A DNA stretch of 64,000 nucleotides from Gemmatimonadales bacterium. Its GTDB lineage: Bacteria; Gemmatimonadota; Gemmatimonadetes; Gemmatimonadales; GWC2-71-9. A program made the translations under genes and the position numbers. The stretch spans positions 4,451-68,450 of the forward strand of contig JBFXAY010000008.1 in NCBI GenBank assembly GCA_050183815.1, written 5' to 3'. The notes beneath the pieces are model-generated. The model was given only the letters and a program-made list of their open reading frames with translations, searched no databases and was not told where the DNA came from. Shown in pieces: positions 26,132-35,444 of the stretch (its first letter is position 1; each line of letters starts with the position of its first letter).

Positions 26132-28459
26132 CTAACGTCGAGGCTCGAGCCAGAGCAGATACTTCGTCTCCCGTTCCACGGCGGCCCGGCTGTAGACCAG
26201 CGGGAAGTACCGGTAGTTCTCCCACAACGGCAGCAGATTACCGTAGAACGGGCTGCCGGGCTGCCCGGACTGGCCCGGCACGGTCGTGGCGACCGAGTTG
26301 TCCCAGTCGGCCGTGTCGAAGATGCCGCGGTAGGATGCCCCGCTCGACTGCCGCCATCCCGGCCCGCCGGTCATGTTGACGGTCTGGTCGTCGCCGCCGC
26401 GAGAGGCGTTGGGCAGATCGAACGCTTTCGCGATCGGGTGCCGGAAGGTCGCGTGGTGGACCTCGCCGTAGCGCCAGCCGGCCGGATCGCCGGGGAGTTC
26501 CTTCCGGAGCTCGGCCATCGCCACCTCGAGCGCCTGGAGCACCACGCTGTCTCGCGTTGCCGCGGGCGTGGCACCGAACGTCCGGTCGGGCCGGGTCACG
26601 AGACGGATCACATGGCTGAGATCCCAGTCGCGGCGGCCCGGGCCGACCCCCTCGCCCAGGCGGGGCTGATACAGGAGCGGGCCGAGGGTCCGGATCCAGG
26701 CGCTGTAGATCAGCGGCTGGGCGGCATCCTTGCGCATGAGGAAGTCCCACCGGCCGAGCAGGTCGATCGCTTCGCCGGAGATGCCGCGCCGCTTGGCGGC
26801 GGCCACGAGCACCGGAACGAGCCGGCTGGCAGGAATCGAGAACTCGTCGTGCTGGAGCCGCTCGAAGTCGAGCCGGGTCCAGTTCTTCCGGGTGCCCAGG
26901 AGTTCGGCCAGACGGTTGGCGCGATACGGCGCCGCCCATTCGTAGTTCAGCTGATGCCGGTATCCCGGCGGCATGATGTTGTTGTTGGCCGTCGTGATGA
27001 ACCCGCTCGGCGGGTTGAGCGTCTGGGGAAGCTCTGAGAACGGCAGGAACCCCTGCCACTCGAACCGGCCGTCGCCGGGCACCGGGAGCAAGCCGCTCCA
27101 GGAGCGGATCGGATTGAGCCCCGCCGCGATCCAGCCGATGTTCCCGTCCACATCGGCGTAGACGAGGTTCTCGGTTGGGAGCTTCCACCGATACGCCGCC
27201 GCCTTGAAGGTCCGCCAGTCGGTGGCGCGGTTGATCGAGATCTGGGCCAGGTATCCCGCGGTCCCCGGCTCGCTGCCGACAAACCGGATCACGAAACCGC
27301 GGGTCCCGTCGTGGTCCTTCGAGACGATCGGACCGTGTTCCGTGAACTCGAGATCGACGATCCGCGGCGCCTCCCCCTTCACGGGGATCGTGTCCACGAT
27401 GACCCGCACCGGCTTCCAGCCGCCCTTGTTCCAGTAGCAGGTCCGGGTCGACGCGGTCGGACAGGGCCCGAGTTTCTCGACGTACACGTCCTGCTGGTCC
27501 ATGCCCACGATCGTGAACCCGAAGGCGATCCGTTCGTTGTGGCCGCCCGCCACCCCGGGCACGGCGGGCTCCCCGGCGCCGATGACGTTCCAGCCCGGGC
27601 CGACGAGGTGCGTCATGTACCGAAGGGCGGGCAGGGTCACGGAGCGGTGCGGGTCATTGGCCAGGAGCGGCTTGCCGCTGGCGGTCAGCCGGCCACTCAC
27701 GACCCAGTTGTTCGATCCGTCGAGCCGCGGATACGGAATCCCGCCGTACGACGCGGCGGCGGCACCGAGGGACCCGGTCTCGATCCCGGCGAGATCGAGG
27801 CCGGCGGCGGGATCCAGCAGCCGCACCGGATCAAGCGGGTAGAGTTGCTCGACCCGGGTCTTGCCGTAGGTGGCCACCATCCGGGCCCGGTTGACTTCGT
27901 CGAGCGCGTTGCCGGTCATCGACAGGGCCGCCATGCGCTGGAGGGGCACCCGGTCGTTCCACAGCTCCGGCCGGAAGCCGAGGAGCGCGAATTCGACCGG
28001 CGGGTTGTCGCGCACCTCCCGGACGTAGCCGTTCACCCCGGCCACGAACGCCTGGACGATCTGCTTCGTGTCGGCCGCGTAGCTCCGCCACTCCGCGTCC
28101 ATGTCGCCGCGGTAAAGCAGGAGCCTGGAGAACTTGTCGCGTTCGACGAGATCCGGCCCGAGAACCTCCGCCAGCTTCCCTTCGCCCTGCCGGCGCCACA
28201 TCTCCATCTGGAAGAGGCGGTCCTGCGCGGCCACGAAACCCTGCGCGAAGAAGAGGTCGGACACCGTCTTCGCATAGATATGGGGAATACCCCAGCCGTC
28301 GCGCCGGACCTCGACGGCCGAGTCGAGGCCGGCCACGGCCATCCGGCCTTCGATCCGGGCCAGCCGGGTCCGCGCCGAGTCGAGAAGCCCTTGGCCGCTC
28401 GCGGGCGTTGCGGCCGCGAGAGTCACCGCCATCGCCATCATGCCAGACCATCGGTTCAT
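26132..28459 (-). CDS. Penicillin acylase family Ntn hydrolase (penicillin / acyl-homoserine-lactone acylase type)
   Basis: Track ORF trimmed to ATG 28459, which forms an ATGA overlap with the upstream gene. Signal peptide. RDGWGIPHIYA, FFAQGFVAAQDRLFQME and the beta-chain nucleophile context DGSNNWVVSG. Confidence 0.9.
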   Translation of the reverse strand: MNRWSGMMAMAVTLAAATPASGQGLLDSARTRLARIEGRMAVAGLDSAVEVRRDGWGIPHIYAKTVSDLFFAQGFVAAQDRLFQMEMWRRQGEGKLAEVLGPDLVERDKFSRLLLYRGDMDAEWRSYAADTKQIVQAFVAGVNGYVREVRDNPPVEFALLGFRPELWNDRVPLQRMAALSMTGNALDEVNRARMVATYGKTRVEQLYPLDPVRLLDPAAGLDLAGIETGSLGAAAASYGGIPYPRLDGSNNWVVSGRLTASGKPLLANDPHRSVTLPALRYMTHLVGPGWNVIGAGEPAVPGVAGGHNERIAFGFTIVGMDQQDVYVEKLGPCPTASTRTCYWNKGGWKPVRVIVDTIPVKGEAPRIVDLEFTEHGPIVSKDHDGTRGFVIRFVGSEPGTAGYLAQISINRATDWRTFKAAAYRWKLPTENLVYADVDGNIGWIAAGLNPIRSWSGLLPVPGDGRFEWQGFLPFSELPQTLNPPSGFITTANNNIMPPGYRHQLNYEWAAPYRANRLAELLGTRKNWTRLDFERLQHDEFSIPASRLVPVLVAAAKRRGISGEAIDLLGRWDFLMRKDAAQPLIYSAWIRTLGPLLYQPRLGEGVGPGRRDWDLSHVIRLVTRPDRTFGATPAATRDSVVLQALEVAMAELRKELPGDPAGWRYGEVHHATFRHPIAKAFDLPNASRGGDDQTVNMTGGPGWRQSSGASYRGIFDTADWDNSVATTVPGQSGQPGSPFYGNLLPLWENYRYFPLVYSRAAVERETKYLLWLEPRR

Positions 28460-30687
28460 CGTGCCGTCCGCTCCTCGTTCCGGAGTTTCCGCTGCTCGCG
28501 GATCAGGTATGCGTGAATCGCGGCGGCGTCCGCCGGGCTGAGCAGGTCCGCAAAGCTCGCCATGCCGGACTCCGCGAGCTTGCCGCCCAGCACAATCGAG
28601 TCGAACACCGCATGCGTCTCGGCGGTCAGGCGAAACAGGTCGGGATACGACGACAGCTGGGCCTCCCCGCGGCCGCCGTGGCAGCGGGCGCACCGCTGGG
28701 CGGCCAGGCCGGCCCCGCGTGCCGCCGCGCTGTCGGTGTACCACGGGAACTCCGGCGGTTCCGGGGTGACCTGCGGCTGCCGAGCCGGCGGCAACGGCGT
28801 CGGGCCGCCACCGAGCTTGAAGGCGAGGATGCGCCCGTAGTTCTCGTATTTCGTGGCCGCGATCCCGGCGGGCAGCGCCGGGCTGACCGCCCCGCCGAAC
28901 CCCGCGAACACCGCGACATATTGCTCGCCGTCGATTTCGTAGCTGACCGGTGCCGCCATGATGCCGGTCCCGGTCTGGATCTCATGCAGCTTCTCGCCGG
29001 TGTCCGCCCGGTACACCACCAGCGCGCCGGCCGCCGTACCCTGCACCACGAGGTTGCCGGCGGTAGTGAGGACCCCGCCGCCGCTCCACCACGCAGAACC
29101 GAGCGGAACCCGCCAGCGCTCGGTCTGGGTCACCGGATCCCAGGCAAGCAGAAACTCGCGGCTCTCCATCGACGGCTCGCCGCGAACGGCGGCCTCGAAC
29201 TCCGCCCGCATCGCCGGTGTCACCACCATCGGCAACTCGGCGCTGGCCGCGAAGTCCTTGGGCAGATTCCCGAAGATGGCGCCGGCGCCCATGTTGGCGT
29301 CGCCCGGAAGCCACCGATATCCTGCCTCGCCGAACATCACCATGCCTTCTTCGCGCGCGGGGATGTAGACGAGGCCGGTACCGGGATGGTATGCCATCGG
29401 CTGCCAGTTGTGGCCGCCGGCCTGGGTCGGGAAGATGACCGCCGGGCGGTTGCGGTAGTCGCCCTTGCCCGTCAAGACCGGCCGGCCGCCCGAGTCGACC
29501 GCCTTGGCCCAGTTGGTGTAAACGAACGGCTTGGCCGACAACAGCTCGCCGGTGGCCCGGTCGAGGATGTAGAAGAAGCCGTTCTTCGGGGCCTGCATGA
29601 TCACCGAACGGCGGCGCCCGCCGAGGTCGAGCTCGGCGAGGATCATGTTCTGGGTGGCCGTGTAGTCCCAGATCTCGCCCGGCGTGGTCTGGTAGTACCA
29701 CTTCATCCGGCCGTCGTCCGGATTGATGGCGAGGATTGCCGTCAGGAAGAGATTGTCGCCGCCCGACGGGCTCCGGTGCCAGATCGGGTAGGGCGAACTG
29801 TTGCCGACCCCGACGTAGAGCAGGTTGAGCTCGGGATCGTAGTTCATCTCGCCCCAGACGGTCCCGCCAAGCCCGGACGCCCAGTCCGATTTCGGATCCC
29901 AGGTCTTGAGGGCGAGTTCCATCTCGGGATGTTCGGGCGGGCCGGCCGCCGGATCGCCCGGCACCGTGAAGAAGCGCCATCGCTGCTCGCCACTCTCGAG
30001 ATCGTAGGCGGTGACGTAACCCCGGACGCCGAACTCCGCGCCGCTGTTGCCCACCACGACGACCCGGCCAGCCACCTGGGGCGGACCGGTGATCGTGTAG
30101 AAACGGTTCTCCCGATCGATGAACGTGTCCTGCTTCCAGATCTCGCGACCCGTGCCGGCATCGAGGGCCACCAGCTGCCCATCCAGCGTGGCGACGTAGA
30201 CCTTCCCGTTCCAGACGGCGAGGCCGCGGCTCACCACGTCGCAACAGGCCCGGCGGCCGTAGCTCCCGTCGACGTCCGGATCGTAGCGCCACTTCTCCGC
30301 CCCGGTCTTCGCGTCGACGGCAAACGCGGTACCCCACGGTCCGGACACATAAAGCACGCCGTCGACGACGATCGGCGTCGCTTCCTGACCGTGCTCGACC
30401 CGACCCCGGTGCGACCGGGCCTGATACTCCCAGGCGAAGCCGAGCCCGGCGACAGAGGCCGTGTCGATCCGGGTCAGCGGCGAGTAGCGGTCGGCCTTGA
30501 ACGTCCGGCCCAGCGCCAGCCACTGGCCCGGCTCGGACTCGGCCGCCCGATAGCGGGCGAGGTCGATCCGCCCGGGGCCGGTGTCGGTGCAGGCGGCGGC
30601 AAGGACCAGCATGGCGGCAGCCGGTGTCAGCGATGCGAGCCGGCTCCCACGACTCCGCATCGGGCCAGGGGCCCGGACAGTCGGCAT
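28456..30687 (-). CDS. PQQ-dependent quinohemoprotein alcohol dehydrogenase (type II, C-terminal cytochrome c domain)
   Basis: Vicinal-disulfide motif RRACCDVVSRG, W-rich propeller repeats and C-terminal heme motif CARCHG. Possible lipobox VLAAAC. Start is ATG 30687 (GGGAG upstream) or ATG 30660. Confidence 0.9.
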   Translation of the reverse strand: MPTVRAPGPMRSRGSRLASLTPAAAMLVLAAACTDTGPGRIDLARYRAAESEPGQWLALGRTFKADRYSPLTRIDTASVAGLGFAWEYQARSHRGRVEHGQEATPIVVDGVLYVSGPWGTAFAVDAKTGAEKWRYDPDVDGSYGRRACCDVVSRGLAVWNGKVYVATLDGQLVALDAGTGREIWKQDTFIDRENRFYTITGPPQVAGRVVVVGNSGAEFGVRGYVTAYDLESGEQRWRFFTVPGDPAAGPPEHPEMELALKTWDPKSDWASGLGGTVWGEMNYDPELNLLYVGVGNSSPYPIWHRSPSGGDNLFLTAILAINPDDGRMKWYYQTTPGEIWDYTATQNMILAELDLGGRRRSVIMQAPKNGFFYILDRATGELLSAKPFVYTNWAKAVDSGGRPVLTGKGDYRNRPAVIFPTQAGGHNWQPMAYHPGTGLVYIPAREEGMVMFGEAGYRWLPGDANMGAGAIFGNLPKDFAASAELPMVVTPAMRAEFEAAVRGEPSMESREFLLAWDPVTQTERWRVPLGSAWWSGGGVLTTAGNLVVQGTAAGALVVYRADTGEKLHEIQTGTGIMAAPVSYEIDGEQYVAVFAGFGGAVSPALPAGIAATKYENYGRILAFKLGGGPTPLPPARQPQVTPEPPEFPWYTDSAAARGAGLAAQRCARCHGGRGEAQLSSYPDLFRLTAETHAVFDSIVLGGKLAESGMASFADLLSPADAAAIHAYLIREQRKLRNEERTAR

Positions 30688-30859
30688 GGGGAGTTCTCCC
30701 GATTGAATGGCGTGAGGTCCGTCGGGTCGCGACGGTTCCGGAAGCCTACGCCCTCACCGGATTGCATGGAAGGGGGAAGCTCCGGCATGCCGGCCACCGG
30801 CAGGCTGTCCGGGAGACCCCGCGTCGGCCCGTTCGCTTGCCCGCCCTCGAGCCGCCGGG

Positions 30860-30865
30860 TAAACT
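30860..30865 (+). promoter_or_regulatory. -10-like hexamer TAAACT, 6 nt upstream of ATG 30872 (leaderless candidate)
   Basis: GGGTAAACTCGCCCG-ATG with no SD. Confidence 0.3.
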
Positions 30866-30871
30866 CGCCCG

Positions 30872-31873
30872 ATGGACCCCACGCCGATCTCGCCCACGGT
30901 CGCCCAGGCCGCCCTCGACCGCCTTGCCGGCTTCCCCGTCGCCCAATTCGGCCACTACCCGACGCCGGTCGACGAACTGGCCCGGTTTCGGGCTGGCGCC
31001 GCCCTCCGCCAGCAGATCCTCGTCAAACGAGACGACGCCATCTCGTTCGGCTTCGGCGGCAACAAGGTGCGGAAGCTCCGCTACGTGATTCCACCACTGC
31101 TCGCCGACGGCGTGGACACGGTGATCACCTGCGGCGGGCTCCAATCGAACCATGCGCGGGCCACCGCCGCGGCGGCGACGGTGAGCGGCCTCCAGTGCCA
31201 CATCATCGTCAACGGCACCGCTCCCCGGGACCTCACCGGCAACGCCCGGCTCAATCGGCTCCTCGGCGCCTCGGTCGACTACGTCACTGGGCGGGAGATG
31301 CGGCGCCCGGGCATGGAGGCCGCCCTGGCCCGGTTCGCCGCGGCCGGCCGCCGGCCAGCGATCATCCCCCTCGGCGCCTCGACCGCGCACGGCGCGCTCG
31401 GGTTCGTCGCGGCGGTCGGCGAGATGGTTGCTCAGGGAATTACGCCCGATGTCATCGTCCACGCCGGTTCGTCCGGCGGAACCTCGGCCGGACTGCTCGC
31501 CGGAGTGGCCCTTCACCGACTCCCGACCCGCGTCGTCTCCATCAGTGCCGACGACCCGCCGGCGGCCATCGAAGCGGAGATCCGCGAGATCACGACCGGG
31601 CTCGACACCATCCTCGACACCGGCGGCGCCATTTCAGCGGCCATCCGGCCCGAAATCGACGACGGCTACGTGGGCCCGGGCTACGGCGAACCCACGCCGG
31701 GTTCCACCGAAGCGCAACAACGGCTGGCCCGCGACGAGGCGCTGTTCGTCGACCACACCTACACCGCCAAAGCGGCGGCCGGCATGATCGACTACTGCCG
31801 TCGCGGTCTGATCGCCCCCGACGCATCGGTCCTCTTCTGGCACACGGGCGGCCAGGTCGCGCTCTTCGCGTGA
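30872..31873 (+). CDS. D-cysteine desulfhydrase / ACC deaminase family PLP enzyme
   Basis: VKRDD...GGNKVRKL PLP-lysine motif, GGLQSNHARATAAAA and a C-terminal FWHTGG. Confidence 0.85.
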   Translation: MDPTPISPTVAQAALDRLAGFPVAQFGHYPTPVDELARFRAGAALRQQILVKRDDAISFGFGGNKVRKLRYVIPPLLADGVDTVITCGGLQSNHARATAAAATVSGLQCHIIVNGTAPRDLTGNARLNRLLGASVDYVTGREMRRPGMEAALARFAAAGRRPAIIPLGASTAHGALGFVAAVGEMVAQGITPDVIVHAGSSGGTSAGLLAGVALHRLPTRVVSISADDPPAAIEAEIREITTGLDTILDTGGAISAAIRPEIDDGYVGPGYGEPTPGSTEAQQRLARDEALFVDHTYTAKAAAGMIDYCRRGLIAPDASVLFWHTGGQVALFA

Positions 31874-31901
31874 GCGTTCGGCGACGGGATCGGGTACCCG
31901 G

Positions 31902-32606
31902 TCAGCGATCCCGAACCGTGAACGTCACGCCCTGCCGAACCAGCTGCCGGACCACTCTGCCCCGCACCCGGGCCGGGTGAAAGCGGGACGCCTCGATCGA
32001 CGCCATGGCACTGGCCGCGAACGCCTCATGCGGTGACTCGACAACCTCCACCGACCCGCGCTCCACCCGGCCGAGGGTATCGACGACGAACTGCAGGATC
32101 ACCCGGCCCGACAGCCCCGCCGTCCGAAGCAGAGCCGGATACGCCGGTTCGGGCTGCCATTCCACCGCGGCCGGCACATCCACGGACTCGGCCCGCCAGG
32201 GACTGTCGCCCACGGGCCCGGCGGCGGCGGGGGAACAGAACGCGCACCGGCCGGCGGGCGCGGTGACGAAACGGCCCGGATCGCCCGACGGGGTGGCGGT
32301 GACCGGCGGAATCCCGACCGGCACGTCTGCTGGCACGGCGAAGGACGACAGCTCGGTCGGCAGGTCCGGCGCGGCCGGCCCCGGTGCCGCGGCGGCGGAC
32401 GCCGGCGCCGTCATCCGGCGCGGGGCCTCGGGCGGCAGGTAGATCCCGATATCGGCCGGCTGCGGCCGCGTCGGCGCCTCGGCCGCCATCCGGTGACCGG
32501 CGGCGACAGCCGCCGCGCCGACCGCGACGTGGAATCCCAACGAGAGCAAGCTCTGCGCGGCCCAGCGACGGGAACTCGGGGCGGACTCGATCAACTCGGC
32601 GAACAT
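31902..32606 (-). CDS. TonB-family energy transducer
   Basis: N-terminal TM, Pro/Ala-rich spacer and C-terminal TonB_C pattern YPALLRTAGLSGRVILQFVVDTLGRVE. GAGG upstream of ATG 32606. Confidence 0.75.
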   Translation of the reverse strand: MFAELIESAPSSRRWAAQSLLSLGFHVAVGAAAVAAGHRMAAEAPTRPQPADIGIYLPPEAPRRMTAPASAAAAPGPAAPDLPTELSSFAVPADVPVGIPPVTATPSGDPGRFVTAPAGRCAFCSPAAAGPVGDSPWRAESVDVPAAVEWQPEPAYPALLRTAGLSGRVILQFVVDTLGRVERGSVEVVESPHEAFAASAMASIEASRFHPARVRGRVVRQLVRQGVTFTVRDR

Positions 32607-32660
32607 CGGTGCCTCGGCGGTTCGGGATACTTCCGAATGTCGGCCGCGGCGATGAACACG

Positions 32661-32682
32661 AAAAAACCGCCGGATGGCGGTT
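32661..32682 (-). terminator. Rho-independent terminator of the SnoaL-like gene
   Basis: Minus strand reads AACCGCC-ATCC-GGCGGTT followed by TTTT, 45 nt after the stop at 32727. Confidence 0.7.
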
Positions 32683-32726
32683 CGATGACAACCGGGTGAG
32701 GGATCGGCGTCGGCCGGGTGGCGTCC

Positions 32727-33245
32727 TCAGCCGGGTCGTTCGATGTAACTCCTGACCCGCCAACGGCGTCCCTGCTGATACAGCACCATCACAAAGGTCC
32801 CGGCGAGGTCCTCCGGCGGCTGGCCCTCGAGCCGGTAGCTGACCCGGCCGAGGTAGTAGACCAGGCCGCCGCTGGCGGTGAAGTCGATCAGTGACGTGTG
32901 ATAGTTGCGCACCCTTGGCAGCCGGGTGGCGAGCGTGTCCGCGACCGCGTCGCGGCCCTGGACGTACCAGCTGCCGGGCGGCGAATAGAGCCCGTCCTCG
33001 GTGAACAGGCGGCTCAGCCGCTCGGCGTCGCCGCGGCGGTGGAGATCCTGCCATTCGCTGATGAGTTCCTTGACGTCGGTGTAGGTCGCGGCCAGGTACT
33101 CGGTCCGGGCCCGCCCCATTCCCGGGAGCTCGTCGCCGGGAATCTGCGCTGCCAGGTCCGCGGTACCGGCCAGACCCGCGAAGAAAAAGGCGCCCCACCG
33201 GAACCCGCGGAGCGCCACCGACGTCCGACGATTGAGCGATTGCAT
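32727..33245 (-). CDS. SnoaL-like / DUF4440 (NTF2-fold) protein with signal peptide
   Basis: Track ORF trimmed to ATG 33245. Pattern LFTEDGLYSPPGSWYVQGRDAV...GTFVMVLYQQGRRWRV is typical of NTF2-like proteins. Confidence 0.6.
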   Translation of the reverse strand: MQSLNRRTSVALRGFRWGAFFFAGLAGTADLAAQIPGDELPGMGRARTEYLAATYTDVKELISEWQDLHRRGDAERLSRLFTEDGLYSPPGSWYVQGRDAVADTLATRLPRVRNYHTSLIDFTASGGLVYYLGRVSYRLEGQPPEDLAGTFVMVLYQQGRRWRVRSYIERPG

Positions 33246-33320
33246 CGACCCGCGGAGTCTACCGCTGGCCGCGCCGCCGAACAAGCCAGCGGCCCGGAAC
33301 CCGCCCGGGTCCGCGGGGCC

Positions 33321-33683
33321 TCACCCGGCCGCCGGCTTCTCCTGATACCGGAAGGTCGCGTAACCGACGATCATCCCGAGGATGGTCCCGGGCAGCATGA
33401 TCTCCCAGTAGTAGGCGGGCTCTCCCGAAAGCTTCTGTGCCAGCGAAACCAGCCCGGCAAAGAAGAGACCGAGGACCCCGCCCCAGAGCACGGCCGAGCC
33501 CACCGTCCTGAGCCGGCGGCTCAGCCAGCCGATCAACGCCCCGACCAGCACACCCTTGAACACCGACCCTCCGACGATCCCGCCGATCTGCGGGGCGGTC
33601 TCGGGCGCGGAAATGAGGGCCGAGAGGCCGTCGAATACGCCCAGCACGCCGCCCAGCAGGAGACCGAGCACCGGTCGCTTCAT
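33321..33683 (-). CDS. Small Gly-rich 4-TM membrane protein, hypothetical
   Basis: Strong SD AAGGAGG before ATG 33683. 120 aa with four hydrophobic Gly-rich helices. Confidence 0.6.
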   Translation of the reverse strand: MKRPVLGLLLGGVLGVFDGLSALISAPETAPQIGGIVGGSVFKGVLVGALIGWLSRRLRTVGSAVLWGGVLGLFFAGLVSLAQKLSGEPAYYWEIMLPGTILGMIVGYATFRYQEKPAAG

Positions 33684-33735
33684 TCAGAGCCTCCTTGAGG
33701 TGGACCCAACGGATACCGGGTCCGGCGCCGATTCT

Positions 33736-34683
33736 TTAGCGCCGGGCAAAGAGCAGCAGCAGGAGCCGCATCACGAGATACGCGAGGATCAGGCCGATGG
33801 CCGTCTGGTGCCGGGTCAGGAAGCGGCCCGCCCGCTCGTACCACCGTTCCCGGTACGCGGTGACCGCGCGGCCGTCGAGAAACCGGGCCACGTCGCCCGC
33901 CAGATCCTCCACCGTAGGGTATCGCCCGTCGGGACTGACGGCCATGGCCCGGTCCCGGATCGCCCGAACCGGGCGGGGAACGGGGTCCGGTCCGGCCAGC
34001 AGGTCGCGGAGGATCGCGCCTAACGCGAAGACGTCGGACCGCTCGTCAGCCTGCTCCGCCGCGCCGGCCTGCTCCGGCGCCATGTAGCCTTCGGTGCCCA
34101 GCACCGCACCGGGTCCGGTTTCGCCCGGGACGACGGACCCGGCGGCCGGAAGGGTCGGCGCCGCCCCCCGCACCTTCGCGACGCCCCAATCGAGCACCAG
34201 CACTTCGCCGAACGGCCCGACCATCACGTTGGCGGGCTTGAGGTCGCGGTGGACCACGCCGCGAGCGTGGGCAAACGCCACGGGCTCGGTGATCCGGAGA
34301 AAGAGCCGGAGCCGCTCCGCCAGCCCGGCGCTGGCCTGCGCGAAGTGGCGGTCGAGGCGGTCGCCCCGCACCAGCCGCATCACGTAGAACGGCCGCCCAT
34401 CCTCCAGCCGGCCGACATCGTGCACCGGTACGAGCCCGGGGTGGTCCAGCCCGCCGAGGAGGCGGGCCTCCTGCTCGAGCCGGGCGGCCAACCCGGCGTC
34501 CGCCGCGAGGCCGCGAAGCACCTTCACGGCCACCGGCCGGTCCAGGAGCCGGTCCCGGGCCCGGTAGACCGAGCCCATGCCGCCCGATCCGATCAACTCG
34601 CCGAACTCGTAGCGCTCGTGTTCGAGTTCGGCGCGCGCGCCGACAGCGGCCAGGCGATCGAGCACGCCGTCGTCGAGCGCCAT
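33736..34683 (-). CDS. Hanks-type Ser/Thr protein kinase, tail-anchored (single C-terminal TM, no sensor domain)
   Basis: GSGGMGSVY, VAVK, HRDLKPANV, DWG (DFG variant) and GTEGYMAPE. Ends with the TM helix IGLILAYLVMRLLLLLFARR. ATG overlaps the sigma stop by 1 nt. Confidence 0.9.
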   Translation of the reverse strand: MALDDGVLDRLAAVGARAELEHERYEFGELIGSGGMGSVYRARDRLLDRPVAVKVLRGLAADAGLAARLEQEARLLGGLDHPGLVPVHDVGRLEDGRPFYVMRLVRGDRLDRHFAQASAGLAERLRLFLRITEPVAFAHARGVVHRDLKPANVMVGPFGEVLVLDWGVAKVRGAAPTLPAAGSVVPGETGPGAVLGTEGYMAPEQAGAAEQADERSDVFALGAILRDLLAGPDPVPRPVRAIRDRAMAVSPDGRYPTVEDLAGDVARFLDGRAVTAYRERWYERAGRFLTRHQTAIGLILAYLVMRLLLLLFARR

Positions 34684-35444
34684 CAGCCGGTCGTTTTGCC
34701 GAAGAGGTCCCGCGCTTCCGCCTCGAAATCGGCGTCGTCGGCCGTTACCGCCCGAAGCCGGGCCAGGGCGGCCCGCCGGAAGGCCCGCCGTGCGCCGGCG
34801 AGAAAGTTGGTGATCTGGGTCTCAGGCACCTCGAACCGCCGGGCCAGCTCCGCGTACTTCGGCCGCTTGCCGTCGTCCGGCGGCTCGATGTCATAGGCCA
34901 GGAACACCGCGAGCGGCACCGGCTTGCCGCGCGACTCGTACTCCGCGGTCACGTCGGCCAGCGCTCCCTCGAACAGGGACCGGATCCACTCGCGACGGAA
35001 GAACTGGTCGGGATCCGCCGCCACGGCGCCGGCGTCGGCCCGGGTTTCGAAATCCGGGTCGATCGGCACCGCACGCAAATGCCCGCCCCGCTTCTGCCGT
35101 CCCTGCGCCTCGTGCCAGTTCGCGCCGAACCGATCGAGACAGACCCGCAGGAAGGTCCGGAACCGGGCCTTCGATGGATCGAACGACGCCAGCGTGTCCT
35201 TCTCGAGCGCCCGCACGAAGAAGTCCTGAGCGAGATCCTCGGCATCCTCCCGGTTCATCCGCCGAATGGCGCGCAGATAGCGGTAGACCGGCCGCCAGTA
35301 GCTCGCGACCAGCAGGTCGAATGCGGGACGGCGCCGCTCGGGATCGGCGGCGCCCAGCGCTTCGATCAGAGAATGACGGGTCGCGGGGAACCGCGGCGGC
35401 CCGCCGTCAGTGGAGTTGTGAGCTGAACCGGTCGAGGAACTCAC
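34683..35444 (-). CDS. ECF-type sigma factor of the Ser/Thr-kinase-associated kind (ECF43-like architecture)
   Basis: N-terminus TRHSLIEAL, region 2 NREDAEDLAQDFFVRAL, a long linker and a region 4 HTH (KYAELARRFEVPETQITNFLAGARRAFR). No anti-sigma gene adjacent. GTG 35444. Confidence 0.8.
   Translation of the reverse strand: MSSSTGSAHNSTDGGPPRFPATRHSLIEALGAADPERRRPAFDLLVASYWRPVYRYLRAIRRMNREDAEDLAQDFFVRALEKDTLASFDPSKARFRTFLRVCLDRFGANWHEAQGRQKRGGHLRAVPIDPDFETRADAGAVAADPDQFFRREWIRSLFEGALADVTAEYESRGKPVPLAVFLAYDIEPPDDGKRPKYAELARRFEVPETQITNFLAGARRAFRRAALARLRAVTADDADFEAEARDLFGKTTG

Noticed and set aside
28408-31980. 1190-aa plus-strand ORF, the longest in the track
   Set aside because: It runs antisense to the PQQ dehydrogenase and then out of frame through the D-cysteine desulfhydrase-family gene. 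Its composition (R/P/G/A) and lack of any domain signature mark it as a high-GC artefact.
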